Positions 11,469 through 20,538 of a DNA stretch of 64,000 nucleotides are shown piece by piece. The notes beneath the pieces were generated by a model that did not search any database, was not told where the DNA came from, and worked only from the letters and a program-made list of their open reading frames with translations. The position numbers and the translations under genes were made by a program. The stretch is from Trypanosoma brucei (lineage: Eukaryota): NCBI GenBank assembly GCA_000002445.1, contig CP000069.1, positions 288,001-352,000 of the forward strand. Direction: 5' to 3'. Every line of letters starts with the position of its first letter. Position 1 is the stretch's first letter.

Positions 11469-13256
11469 TCAAACCATTGGAAGCTCCAGGAAGGTGATAG
11501 AAGCGCCTGTCATTAGAAGGCTTGATGTGTGCAGGGAATCGTACAGAGAATATGTTTCATACACATAAAAGGCCACGTTAAATCCCGTACACGGGTGGAT
11601 CCGGTCCAGAGTACTCAGCGACACCAATGCAGCCCCTATTGGTACCGTGTCTCCATCATATGGACGTACCTCTGCGAGGTTCAGGCGCAAAAATTGCTGA
11701 CATTTCGCACCAGGCCACTTCCATAGCTCAAGTTCATCATCCCACTGAAGGCTTCCACTCGCACTTTGATATTGGGGCTGCGTTTCACTCGTTACCACTT
11801 TCCAACCCTGTTGATCTAGTAGTGTAATACTCACTTGAAACGCCGATGAGGCGCTCGCAGCAAATTCAGAAACCATTGGAAAGCCACGAATAGTCCCGAG
11901 CCGTAGAATGCACCGGCATGTTTTCTGCGAAACGTCTACCGCTGGCGCATCAAAAGGAAGCATTGTAACACCACTTTGTGGACCCTGCGAATGAGCACTG
12001 ACCGGTTGCACCCCTTGGGTAGATGAATCGGCACTCACGGGGTAAACCATGCTGTTGCCGTTGAGGGCGCCAACGATAGTGACAGCCTCAGCAATGAATG
12101 GTGTACCGTCTTCCAAGTCATGTGTTACCGCACCTCGTGAGCCATTCTTGTGCCTCTGGACGCTAGGCCGGAAGACAGGGAGAAGGCTCAGGAGCAGTGG
12201 AAACTCATCCGAGGGACTGAAGTGCCTATTGGTAATACACGCTGCGTTAAGCCAGTAGTGATACGGCGTATCTATGGCATTTGGTTGAGGGGTGGAGCTA
12301 TGGACATTTATGATAATTGGCGCAGAAACGGGCCTGGGCCCGTTAACAAGAAGCTGTAGGTGCAATTTTTTCATACAAGCACATTCGCCAATGGTCCACG
12401 TGGCAGTGAAGTATGCACGTTGCTGAGGGCGCACTGTGACGACATGAGCTGGTTCTACAGAGATGTAAGCACAAGCGTCGTGCAAGGGCAGCAATTGCAT
12501 TGCGAGCGCTGTATCAACTGTAGTGTTCATAACAGAAATGACATTGGTAACAACGTAGCTTCCCTCATCGTTGAGCATAAAGGAAGGAAAATAGAAGTCT
12601 AACGTGGAGACCCGGACCGACCCAAAGTCATACTCCAGTGGGGTGATGCCGTCCTCACGACGACCATCCCACTCACTGCTACGGACCTCCACCTCTGCAA
12701 TAGCGTACACCGTCTCGGAATCAATTGCGGCTTGTGTTGGGAACAGGTACACAGGGTATTTGGTATAATGCTGGTTCTCTCTCAAAATGGCAGTGCTGTT
12801 GAGCATCCCCACGCCATAAGTTACGTGACCCTCTTCTCCCCCAACAACCTCCAGCACCAACATCAACCCCTGAGAGCTAGATATGTTAAAGCAGGCGGCA
12901 TCGCTACAATTCGCGCTATCACCACTGGTACTAGCAATGCCATTTCTAATCTCTTCAACGTGCATGTGACGCGTGTCGTTGTCATCCCAACCGACGCCTA
13001 TCCAGCCCGGGTTGGCCGAGATGGGTTTAAGACTCGTCCTACCTACGTGTACAGACTCATTTACTACACGAATACCAATGGGCCGATGAGATCCCCATTG
13101 TTTTCGTACTCGCGCCAACCTCAGAGTTACCTCTTCCACTGTGTCGATGAAAAGGAGGCGGCTAATGTACAGTCTGTACATTTTCGAGTTAGTGGTCCAT
13201 GAGCATTCACACTGAGACACGGACGAAATCTCAGGAGGGGATGCAGCATTCATCAC
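11469..13256 (-). CDS. Hypothetical protein of 595 aa with no recognisable domain. It is probably lineage-specific.
   Basis: This is a long, clean ORF co-oriented with the PTU. Its composition is complex rather than low-complexity. A purine-rich plus-strand tract at 13430-13480, which is polypyrimidine on the minus strand, lies upstream. Confidence 0.6.
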   Translation of the reverse strand: MMNAASPPEISSVSQCECSWTTNSKMYRLYISRLLFIDTVEEVTLRLARVRKQWGSHRPIGIRVVNESVHVGRTSLKPISANPGWIGVGWDDNDTRHMHVEEIRNGIASTSGDSANCSDAACFNISSSQGLMLVLEVVGGEEGHVTYGVGMLNSTAILRENQHYTKYPVYLFPTQAAIDSETVYAIAEVEVRSSEWDGRREDGITPLEYDFGSVRVSTLDFYFPSFMLNDEGSYVVTNVISVMNTTVDTALAMQLLPLHDACAYISVEPAHVVTVRPQQRAYFTATWTIGECACMKKLHLQLLVNGPRPVSAPIIINVHSSTPQPNAIDTPYHYWLNAACITNRHFSPSDEFPLLLSLLPVFRPSVQRHKNGSRGAVTHDLEDGTPFIAEAVTIVGALNGNSMVYPVSADSSTQGVQPVSAHSQGPQSGVTMLPFDAPAVDVSQKTCRCILRLGTIRGFPMVSEFAASASSAFQVSITLLDQQGWKVVTSETQPQYQSASGSLQWDDELELWKWPGAKCQQFLRLNLAEVRPYDGDTVPIGAALVSLSTLDRIHPCTGFNVAFYVYETYSLYDSLHTSSLLMTGASITFLELPMV

Positions 13257-15442
13257 TAATTCACGAATGTCCTTTGCAGCTCTGCTCTATCGTATGTATT
13301 ACCGTTGCTCTCCTGATTCGAATCCCTTTCTCCCTCCTCGCCTACTGACCCCACTTTACGTCCTTCGTGAAGGGAAGTATCGCAGGGTCACAACTGGCAG
13401 CTGTGCCAAGCGTCAGCTCCGACTGATATCTTGAAAGAAAATCCGTCCTGTTGATACGTAAAAAAAATGAAGGGATAAATTGTTAATTGAGTGTGTGTCA
13501 CAGAAACATGTGAACAATCCAACACGTACATGTGCTTCCATTAGCGGATGCCGTTCATGCGGAGTCGTCATTTTCACGCAAAAGTAGCAAGATGAGTTGC
13601 TGGTAGTGAATGGTGAATGGTAAATACAACAGCGCAGTTAAACCATTGGTGAGACGCCACACCGTTCCACGCGTGCAGAGAATGTTTGTGCCCAGAGCAG
13701 GGGGAACAAACGGTAGATGAACGTCACTATATTACATTCTTAACATCCACCAATCATATTGTCGTTAAAACGGCACTGGTGAAGGTGACAAAACGACCAG
13801 GTTTTCTATGGAAAGGGACGACACGCCAAGACCAGTGTCGCAGGGACTCACATTCCTCTTGCCCAGTCTCTCGAACGAACATGACGGAGAATGGCATAAG
13901 GAAGCGTGGCCCCAAAGGTTGATGCATGAAACTAGGAGACGCCAATGAAAAAAAGAGAGCAGACTAGAAACCAGGTGGTTACAGGGAATGAGTGAGAGCG
14001 ATTGTTCCTGTGTATTAAACCCGCGTGCTCAATGTCGTTAGATGTGCCTACCCGCCGATAAACGCCAATAACGGCGACAATTCCGTTAGGATGCCAGACA
14101 CAAGTGTCCACGAGCTACCACAGCACAAAATTATGCAGGGCATCAAAAGCGTGATATGCTTTCCGTTCAGAAGCGGAGGCTTTGAGGGACCATTAGCACA
14201 ACCGTTTTCTTTTCCTGCCGATGCTGCCTTGTGCACACCAAAAGACAAGCGACTTCAAGGTGGTCTAAGGCGCAGCCATAACCTCTGCAGATTTTATGGA
14301 GTTGTTAAGGGTGCATGCCGCCCCCTTCCCTTAACCCCAACTAAAAGCAGGGGTATACTCCAGAGTCCCCAGAAGTTTGCAGTAACGGTGGAGATATCCG
14401 AGTGCATGAGCACTATTCTCTTCCTGAAGAGGACCCATAAACCAATCCATTCGCGTCAAAAGAGCACGCCTAGATTATGTAAAACACCTCCAACTTGCGC
14501 ATACGAACACCTCCATATTATATAAGAGGTATGGACACATCATCAACTCTGGATTCACGCCGGCAGATCCTAACGAGAGAAATTCATCACCAGAGACATA
14601 GCAGGACCGATCCCACGCACATCACTTCCCCCCTAGTTCAGTATAAACTAAACAGAAACATTACGAGAGCGCATTACTATAAAAACGAAAATAAATACAT
14701 GTGTTTTGTCACATAAACAGGAATGAAGAGAGATGTCCGGAAGTTCGCTCAGCCTTCGGTGTCAGGTGGCTGAGGCAAAACCGGGTGTGGTACTGGAGCG
14801 CGGGGACAAATACGAACACAAGTACGCTCTGACACTTTATCGGTACTAAGGGAAGAGGGAAAGAAGACCACGTTTGAGTGCATGTAATCAAATGTACAAA
14901 CATTACCTCAATCCTCACGAATAACCCACCCGCCGGCCATTTGCAGCCCGACAACAACCCCTTTAGAAAAAACAAACAAACAGCGAAACGAGTCTTCCGC
15001 GTGCGTTACTACTAACTCCCCACCAACTACCATGAAAAGAACCGCATGTGCTACGACTGCGGGGAGCAGTCAGTAATGCTTGCGTGCAGTTTCACACCTG
15101 CCATGGTCGCAGCCCATGCCCGTGTGGGGATCCCCCCTCGAGATTACCGCGGACTCAAGACAGTCATCATTCGCACAAATTTCGCACGAGTATAGGTGAT
15201 AGGTCCATAAAAGCGAGACGGGTCTGAAGGGAAATTCTTTCCAACTACTGATTCTCACATATCCTCCATTTCAAACCCCAGCGTCCACGAACGATCCACT
15301 TGCACGCAGAATATGTGAAGAGTTCATCTTACCGAAGCTGACAAACGACCGGCGTCTACAGGGGCAATAACACAGGGTACACTCCCCGGGACATATACTA
15401 CATTCGCCGTCCACGATTTCTCTACCGAATTAGAGGCAACGA

Positions 15443-18400
15443 TCACTCCTGCGCAGTGTCCGGCGCTTCCTCGTCTCTAGTGACAAAACCTCCTTCTTCA
15501 GTGACCGGTGCGTTGCCCTCACTCTCACCTGTAGCCTCAGGTCCTTGACTTTCACCATATTCAACACGTTTTTGACCCCCTCCAGCCACTGCGTCGTGTT
15601 CGCCTTCTCCACGCGTAGCAGTCGTCTCGGCCGATAAGAATTGATGGCTGGCGGTATAGCGGTTGAAGACTGCTAAGTTTCCAAGAGAGATGGAAATTTG
15701 CCTCATCTCTGCATCCGTCAAGTCGAAGTTTTCAAATTCATCGATCACCATTTCCGGAATGTCCCCACTACTATCACTGCAAGAGTCAGCTTCCACGTGT
15801 ATATTACCACCTTCCATCACCCTCGACGACCCCGCTTGCTCACCGGTTTCCGAAAATTCACTCTCAGAACTGTCACCTACCACCGTGTTTCCGCTTTTGA
15901 AACTCGCCAGAGGATATCCTATAGCATATGCGATGGCGCATGACAGCTCCTCCGGAAACAGGTCTGCCCGCACCCTATTTATTGAGAGGGCGAGGTAATA
16001 GTCCATGCACTCACGAACATCTCGAAGGCAGGTTGCCACATCAACATTCGTCAAATACATCTTCTTACAATTGTCGAAAAATAGCGCCGCCATGTTTTCA
16101 CTTTCCTTTTCCCCGTTTGGCACATAAGGAAAAACAGGCGTCATCCTACTTTCATGATCTGTAAAAAGTGATGGTGGAATTTCTTTTACCGACTTGACGG
16201 TAAGCTCACGGAGACATAAGGCGAGCTCTACGGGGGTCACCGCTGTGGCATCAAATATCGTGAGGTTGGTCTCAAGGAACATACGTTCGTTAAAAAATAT
16301 AAATGCCCGGTCTCCATATTTATTCTGCCTTTTCCTTGCCAACACAGATGTTGCCGCTAGTTGACAATGCTTGTCATCCCAACAAATAATCTCGGGTTGG
16401 CCTCCACTCCTTTTACTCCGGTACTCCAAAGAAGCGATCCGTGGATAAAGCGACCAAAGAACGACCAAGCGGATCAATCCTAGATTGTCAGAATGTCGAG
16501 AAGCAAATTTCACTGGATTTTTCGTCCTCCGTAGCAACGCAGAGTTCTCAACAAAACGTAGCAGCTGGTTTTTCGTGCGACTTATGGACCGCAGCACCGC
16601 TTGATCAGCGAAATTATGTATTGCATATTCTGGGCTGCACCCAGAACGTTTCCACCCATCAAAGAGTTTAAGGACGGACATGTGGTCCGAAAGAAAACCG
16701 TTGTCAATGGCGTCAACCGCTTTCTGGAGGTCACCCCTTTGATTGGGTGTATTTAAAAAGGGTGATTTCCCCGAAAGGAAGGCCGCGATTGTCGCAACCG
16801 GATCCAAAACACCAAAACAGGCAGCAGCGAGCAGCATTTTGCCCAATAACGGATGAACAGGCAACCTTGACAGCGCTCTACCAAGACTCGTCAACTGTTC
16901 AGCTTCAGGCGTGAACGCACCAATATCCTTCAAGAAATTAGTGGCATGTTTTGTTGAATATTCTGAGGGCACGTCAAGTGCACGGCTGAGAACCTCTACG
17001 CACGTTTCCTCTGGTCTTAAAGCCTTTGCAAGCAGGCAAACTTCCTCCAAGGGGGTTCTCATTATTTCCGGTGGGAGAAACTCAGGTAAAGCCTCATAGG
17101 ATGACCGCGGAAGGAGGTGAATACACACACCTGGTCGGCAACGCCCGGCTCTACCACGACGTTGCAAGCCGTTGGCTCGGCTAATGAATTCTGCTGTTAA
17201 GGCCGACGTGTTTGCTGCGGGATCGTAAGATGAAACTTTCGTGAGGCAACTGTCAACAACATAGACGATGTCGTCAATTGTTATACTCGTCTCGGCTATG
17301 TTAGTTGAAAGCACTACCTTCCGGTAGCCTTTGGGGGCACGGTAAAACACCCGCCGTTGTTCTTCCGCGGTCAGACTAGAATGCAGCTGTAGGACGGACA
17401 ACTCCCTGGACACATTTGACATTCGAATCATGTTTGCCACACGAGATATGGCCTGCCACCCCGGAAGGAAAACAAGTATACTCTCTGACAGATGTTGGGA
17501 ACTTCTGTGAATATGTCCTATAAGCTTAACCACTATGTCGTACGGTACATGGGCCTGTGAGTCAAAGCCCAGTTTCGTGTCAACGGCTTCTTTTATCTTT
17601 TCGTACACCGAGCGCTTTGCCATATCTTCAGTATTGTTACCCGTACTCTGCATTGAAAGTGCATTATTTGGCAATTTCATAGAAGCAAGTGTTGAAAGTG
17701 GCATTTGGAGCCACTGTAAGACATCTTCCATGTAACATTCTCTCACGGGATGCAGTGTCCCTGGTATCTTGATAACTGGTATTGTTTCACCAACGGTAAC
17801 GCCTGAAAAGTACGATATTATTTTCTCAACTTGTATTGTGGCGGACATGACGACTACCTTTATGTGGTTTGCATAGGCCCCTGGATTCCGCCGCTGATCA
17901 ATAATTCGGTCGCGGAGAAGTAACAAGCAAAAATCTGTTTCGACGTCCCTTTCGTGCACCTCATCCACAATGAGACAAGAGACATCGGAAAGCTGTGGAT
18001 CCGTGCGTAGACGACGCAGGAGGATTCCAGTGGTCATGTAAACAATTCTCGTTTCACTGCTTGTTATGTTGTCAAATCGGATGATATATCCACAACTGTT
18101 TCCACACGCTTCACCACGCTCCTCAGACACCCGCTGTGCAACGGAAAGGGCGCTGACCCTTCGCGGTTGGGTACACACTATCTGTAGATCTTTGTTGAAT
18201 ATCCCTGCATCGTACAACATTTGAGGTATTTGAGTAGTTTTACCGCATCCTGTGTCACCACTAATGACAACGATATCGCTTATCTTTACAGCATTGAGAA
18301 TAGCGCCCTGTTGTCGGAAAGCAGGCAATGTTACCCGGAACCTTTGCAACTCCGCATACCGGTGGCGGGGCACTTTGCTAGTCGGGACGTTCCCCAACCC

Positions 18401-19198
18401 GGGTTGCACGACGGTTAACTGTCGACCCCCCTGGCGCTGCTCTCCCCTCAGCTTCAAGTCGCGGAACATCCGCTTAAGGAGTGGCCCCACCAATAGATTG
18501 ATGTTCGAAACTTTAGGTCTGATGTATTCATCAGGAAGCCTCTGAGCCCCTTGGTAACCCTCTGTCCTCACTCGAACCCCGTTAGCAATCAAAAATTGCC
18601 TTCCCTGTTCTTCGCTCGTTTTGTTGAATTTTCTTAGCGTCAGGAAACGCTCGTTCTGCGACCCTGAAGATTTATGGAATAAACCAAAAGTGTGGGCGAA
18701 CTTATGCACCTGCTGGCGACCTGCAGCAGACAGTGTTGGGGGGAACGAGAGCTCATGAGCGGTGGGATCGTCCACAAAGGCCTTTACCATACTTTGAAGG
18801 TGCTTTTTCAGACGCTTAAAATTCTCAGGGAATCCAATACCTTTTTGATTGTCGACAATGTCCAACACGCCGCGCTTTGTGTCGGAGTTATCGGACGCAG
18901 GCATATTCTCGCACTTTTGTCGAGAATCATTTCCCCTAGGTAAGGAATTGGTGAACTCCTGCTGAACTGGAGCACGTGGCAACAAAACGGGCGGCCACCA
19001 AACACCACCGGGCATCGGAAGTGGATGACCGTACATCGGGGCAGGTGGGAAGAAGCCCGGTGAGCACGCAGCCCTAACGGAGGCATGGGGCAACATTTGT
19101 TGCAGTTGTGAGGCCTGAGGGCTGCCACCCATCGGGAAGCGACGTATGTTCGCATCAACTGTTTGATGCTTCCCGCCTTCGCATCGCTTCTGGTTCAT
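15443..19198 (-). CDS. ATP-dependent DEAH-box RNA helicase (DHX family) with an N-terminal Pro-rich region and an R3H-like domain.
   Basis: It carries motif I GDTGCGKTTQIPQ, motif II DEVHERD, motif VI QRRGRAGR and an HA2/OB-like C-terminal region. An R3H-like segment near the N-terminus reads QQVHKFAHTFGLFHKSSG. Confidence 0.9.
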   Translation of the reverse strand: MNQKRCEGGKHQTVDANIRRFPMGGSPQASQLQQMLPHASVRAACSPGFFPPAPMYGHPLPMPGGVWWPPVLLPRAPVQQEFTNSLPRGNDSRQKCENMPASDNSDTKRGVLDIVDNQKGIGFPENFKRLKKHLQSMVKAFVDDPTAHELSFPPTLSAAGRQQVHKFAHTFGLFHKSSGSQNERFLTLRKFNKTSEEQGRQFLIANGVRVRTEGYQGAQRLPDEYIRPKVSNINLLVGPLLKRMFRDLKLRGEQRQGGRQLTVVQPGLGNVPTSKVPRHRYAELQRFRVTLPAFRQQGAILNAVKISDIVVISGDTGCGKTTQIPQMLYDAGIFNKDLQIVCTQPRRVSALSVAQRVSEERGEACGNSCGYIIRFDNITSSETRIVYMTTGILLRRLRTDPQLSDVSCLIVDEVHERDVETDFCLLLLRDRIIDQRRNPGAYANHIKVVVMSATIQVEKIISYFSGVTVGETIPVIKIPGTLHPVRECYMEDVLQWLQMPLSTLASMKLPNNALSMQSTGNNTEDMAKRSVYEKIKEAVDTKLGFDSQAHVPYDIVVKLIGHIHRSSQHLSESILVFLPGWQAISRVANMIRMSNVSRELSVLQLHSSLTAEEQRRVFYRAPKGYRKVVLSTNIAETSITIDDIVYVVDSCLTKVSSYDPAANTSALTAEFISRANGLQRRGRAGRCRPGVCIHLLPRSSYEALPEFLPPEIMRTPLEEVCLLAKALRPEETCVEVLSRALDVPSEYSTKHATNFLKDIGAFTPEAEQLTSLGRALSRLPVHPLLGKMLLAAACFGVLDPVATIAAFLSGKSPFLNTPNQRGDLQKAVDAIDNGFLSDHMSVLKLFDGWKRSGCSPEYAIHNFADQAVLRSISRTKNQLLRFVENSALLRRTKNPVKFASRHSDNLGLIRLVVLWSLYPRIASLEYRSKRSGGQPEIICWDDKHCQLAATSVLARKRQNKYGDRAFIFFNERMFLETNLTIFDATAVTPVELALCLRELTVKSVKEIPPSLFTDHESRMTPVFPYVPNGEKESENMAALFFDNCKKMYLTNVDVATCLRDVRECMDYYLALSINRVRADLFPEELSCAIAYAIGYPLASFKSGNTVVGDSSESEFSETGEQAGSSRVMEGGNIHVEADSCSDSSGDIPEMVIDEFENFDLTDAEMRQISISLGNLAVFNRYTASHQFLSAETTATRGEGEHDAVAGGGQKRVEYGESQGPEATGESEGNAPVTEEGGFVTRDEEAPDTAQE

Positions 19199-19413
19199 GA
19201 CAGGACCAGTATCTATAACAAGAACAAAGCAAGCAACGAGCCTCTGCGCGCCTTCCTTTCCTTTAACAAGGGGAAAGGATCAGAAAGGCAGACAAAAATT
19301 CAGCAGAATTCGAATGAAAACAGAGGGCAGATGTTGGCGGTGTCACAAGCAAACGCGGTAAAGAACTTATCACAACATCTACACAATTAGCGCTCGATAC
19401 ACACGAGAAACAC

Positions 19414-20538
19414 TCACAAGTCGTCTAGAACATCGTTCTTTCCCTTAGTGGTTTGACGCTGGTTGTACTCCTCGACGGCATGTTGTAGCTCTTCCAAAAA
19501 CAGTGTGTCATTTAAAAAATCTTCCAGCGTTCCGTTTCGTCGAGCGTCAGACGCAAGAACCTCATGTAGCACAACCTCTTCCTCGACACCGTCACCAGAA
19601 CTATAGGAAGTCACAGTTATCTCGAGGGCAGCGATGTTTCCGTACATCCAACGGCTCATGCCCACGTCTATAGCAATCACGCTGCCTCCACAAAAAGTTT
19701 CCACTCTCCCTGAGCGTTGGGGAGTGTGACCCACAACCACCCGTTTTACCCCCAGTGAAGCGAGCGCTTTTTTTGTATCGGCACAACGACCATTTGAAGC
19801 ATCAAGGAACATCTTTCGGGACCACAAAGGACCGGTTGAACCCAAAAGGATATGACCAAAATTTTTTGTACGTATCGCCTGCTTGGCTTCCCGGTTTAGC
19901 CTCTCAATTCCATCGGAAACAACATGTTCGTCAATGCCAGCATGAACAAATAAGGTATCGGCGACAGCATACGCTACTGTGAAATTTTCTAAAATAAATC
20001 CTCCGAACGTGCCGTCGAGTTCAAACGCGCGCTTGCGCAACGCCCTTGTCAAAAACCCACCCATAGATTTTGAATGGACATAATGAAAGTGACCCTGAAG
20101 ATTTAGAAGCTCGTGATTTCCCATAAGCAGAACTACTTTGTCATCAGTGTAGTTCGTGCGCACCTCATTAAAAAGCGAAACAGCCATCTCAAGTACCTCC
20201 AAATCTTCCTCACCTCTATCAATCAAATCTCCAGTTTGTATTAGGGTTGTCCGCAATCGTGTGCCGTATTCCCTAAAGAAGTTACCTTCCTTAGTCCCCC
20301 ATCTGGGCTTCCACACCACTTGTTTACTACTGTTAGAACGTAGGCTAATGACGCCGGACATCTCAAGGATTTGCCGAAAACGCTCGGCATCTCCATGCAC
20401 ATCTCCGACGGCCACAATACGGTGTATTTCAATGGGAATGACATTCCTGCTAAGGGGGTTTGCGTCTACATTAGCACAACATCGTATGCCCAAATGTGCA
20501 ACCAGAACTAGCGAAATTAACAAGTATTTCCCCACCAT
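19414..20538 (-). CDS. PPP-family / calcineurin-like metallophosphoesterase, possibly a Ser/Thr phosphatase, with an N-terminal signal peptide.
   Basis: It has the metallophosphatase signatures GDVHGD, GDLIDRG, GNHE and VVGHTPQ. The N-terminus MVGKYLLISLVLVAHLGIRCCA is hydrophobic and resembles a signal peptide. It is the first gene of the minus-strand PTU, next to the divergent SSR. Confidence 0.75.
   Translation of the reverse strand: MVGKYLLISLVLVAHLGIRCCANVDANPLSRNVIPIEIHRIVAVGDVHGDAERFRQILEMSGVISLRSNSSKQVVWKPRWGTKEGNFFREYGTRLRTTLIQTGDLIDRGEEDLEVLEMAVSLFNEVRTNYTDDKVVLLMGNHELLNLQGHFHYVHSKSMGGFLTRALRKRAFELDGTFGGFILENFTVAYAVADTLFVHAGIDEHVVSDGIERLNREAKQAIRTKNFGHILLGSTGPLWSRKMFLDASNGRCADTKKALASLGVKRVVVGHTPQRSGRVETFCGGSVIAIDVGMSRWMYGNIAALEITVTSYSSGDGVEEEVVLHEVLASDARRNGTLEDFLNDTLFLEELQHAVEEYNQRQTTKGKNDVLDDL

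Noticed and set aside
13313-13326. A tRNA T-loop-like string, GATTCGAATCC.
   Set aside because: The flanking bases do not form a T-stem or acceptor stem and there is no D-arm or anticodon arm context. The match is a self-palindromic coincidence. I could not find any convincing tRNA, 5S rRNA or SL RNA gene by eye, but a proper tRNAscan is still advisable.
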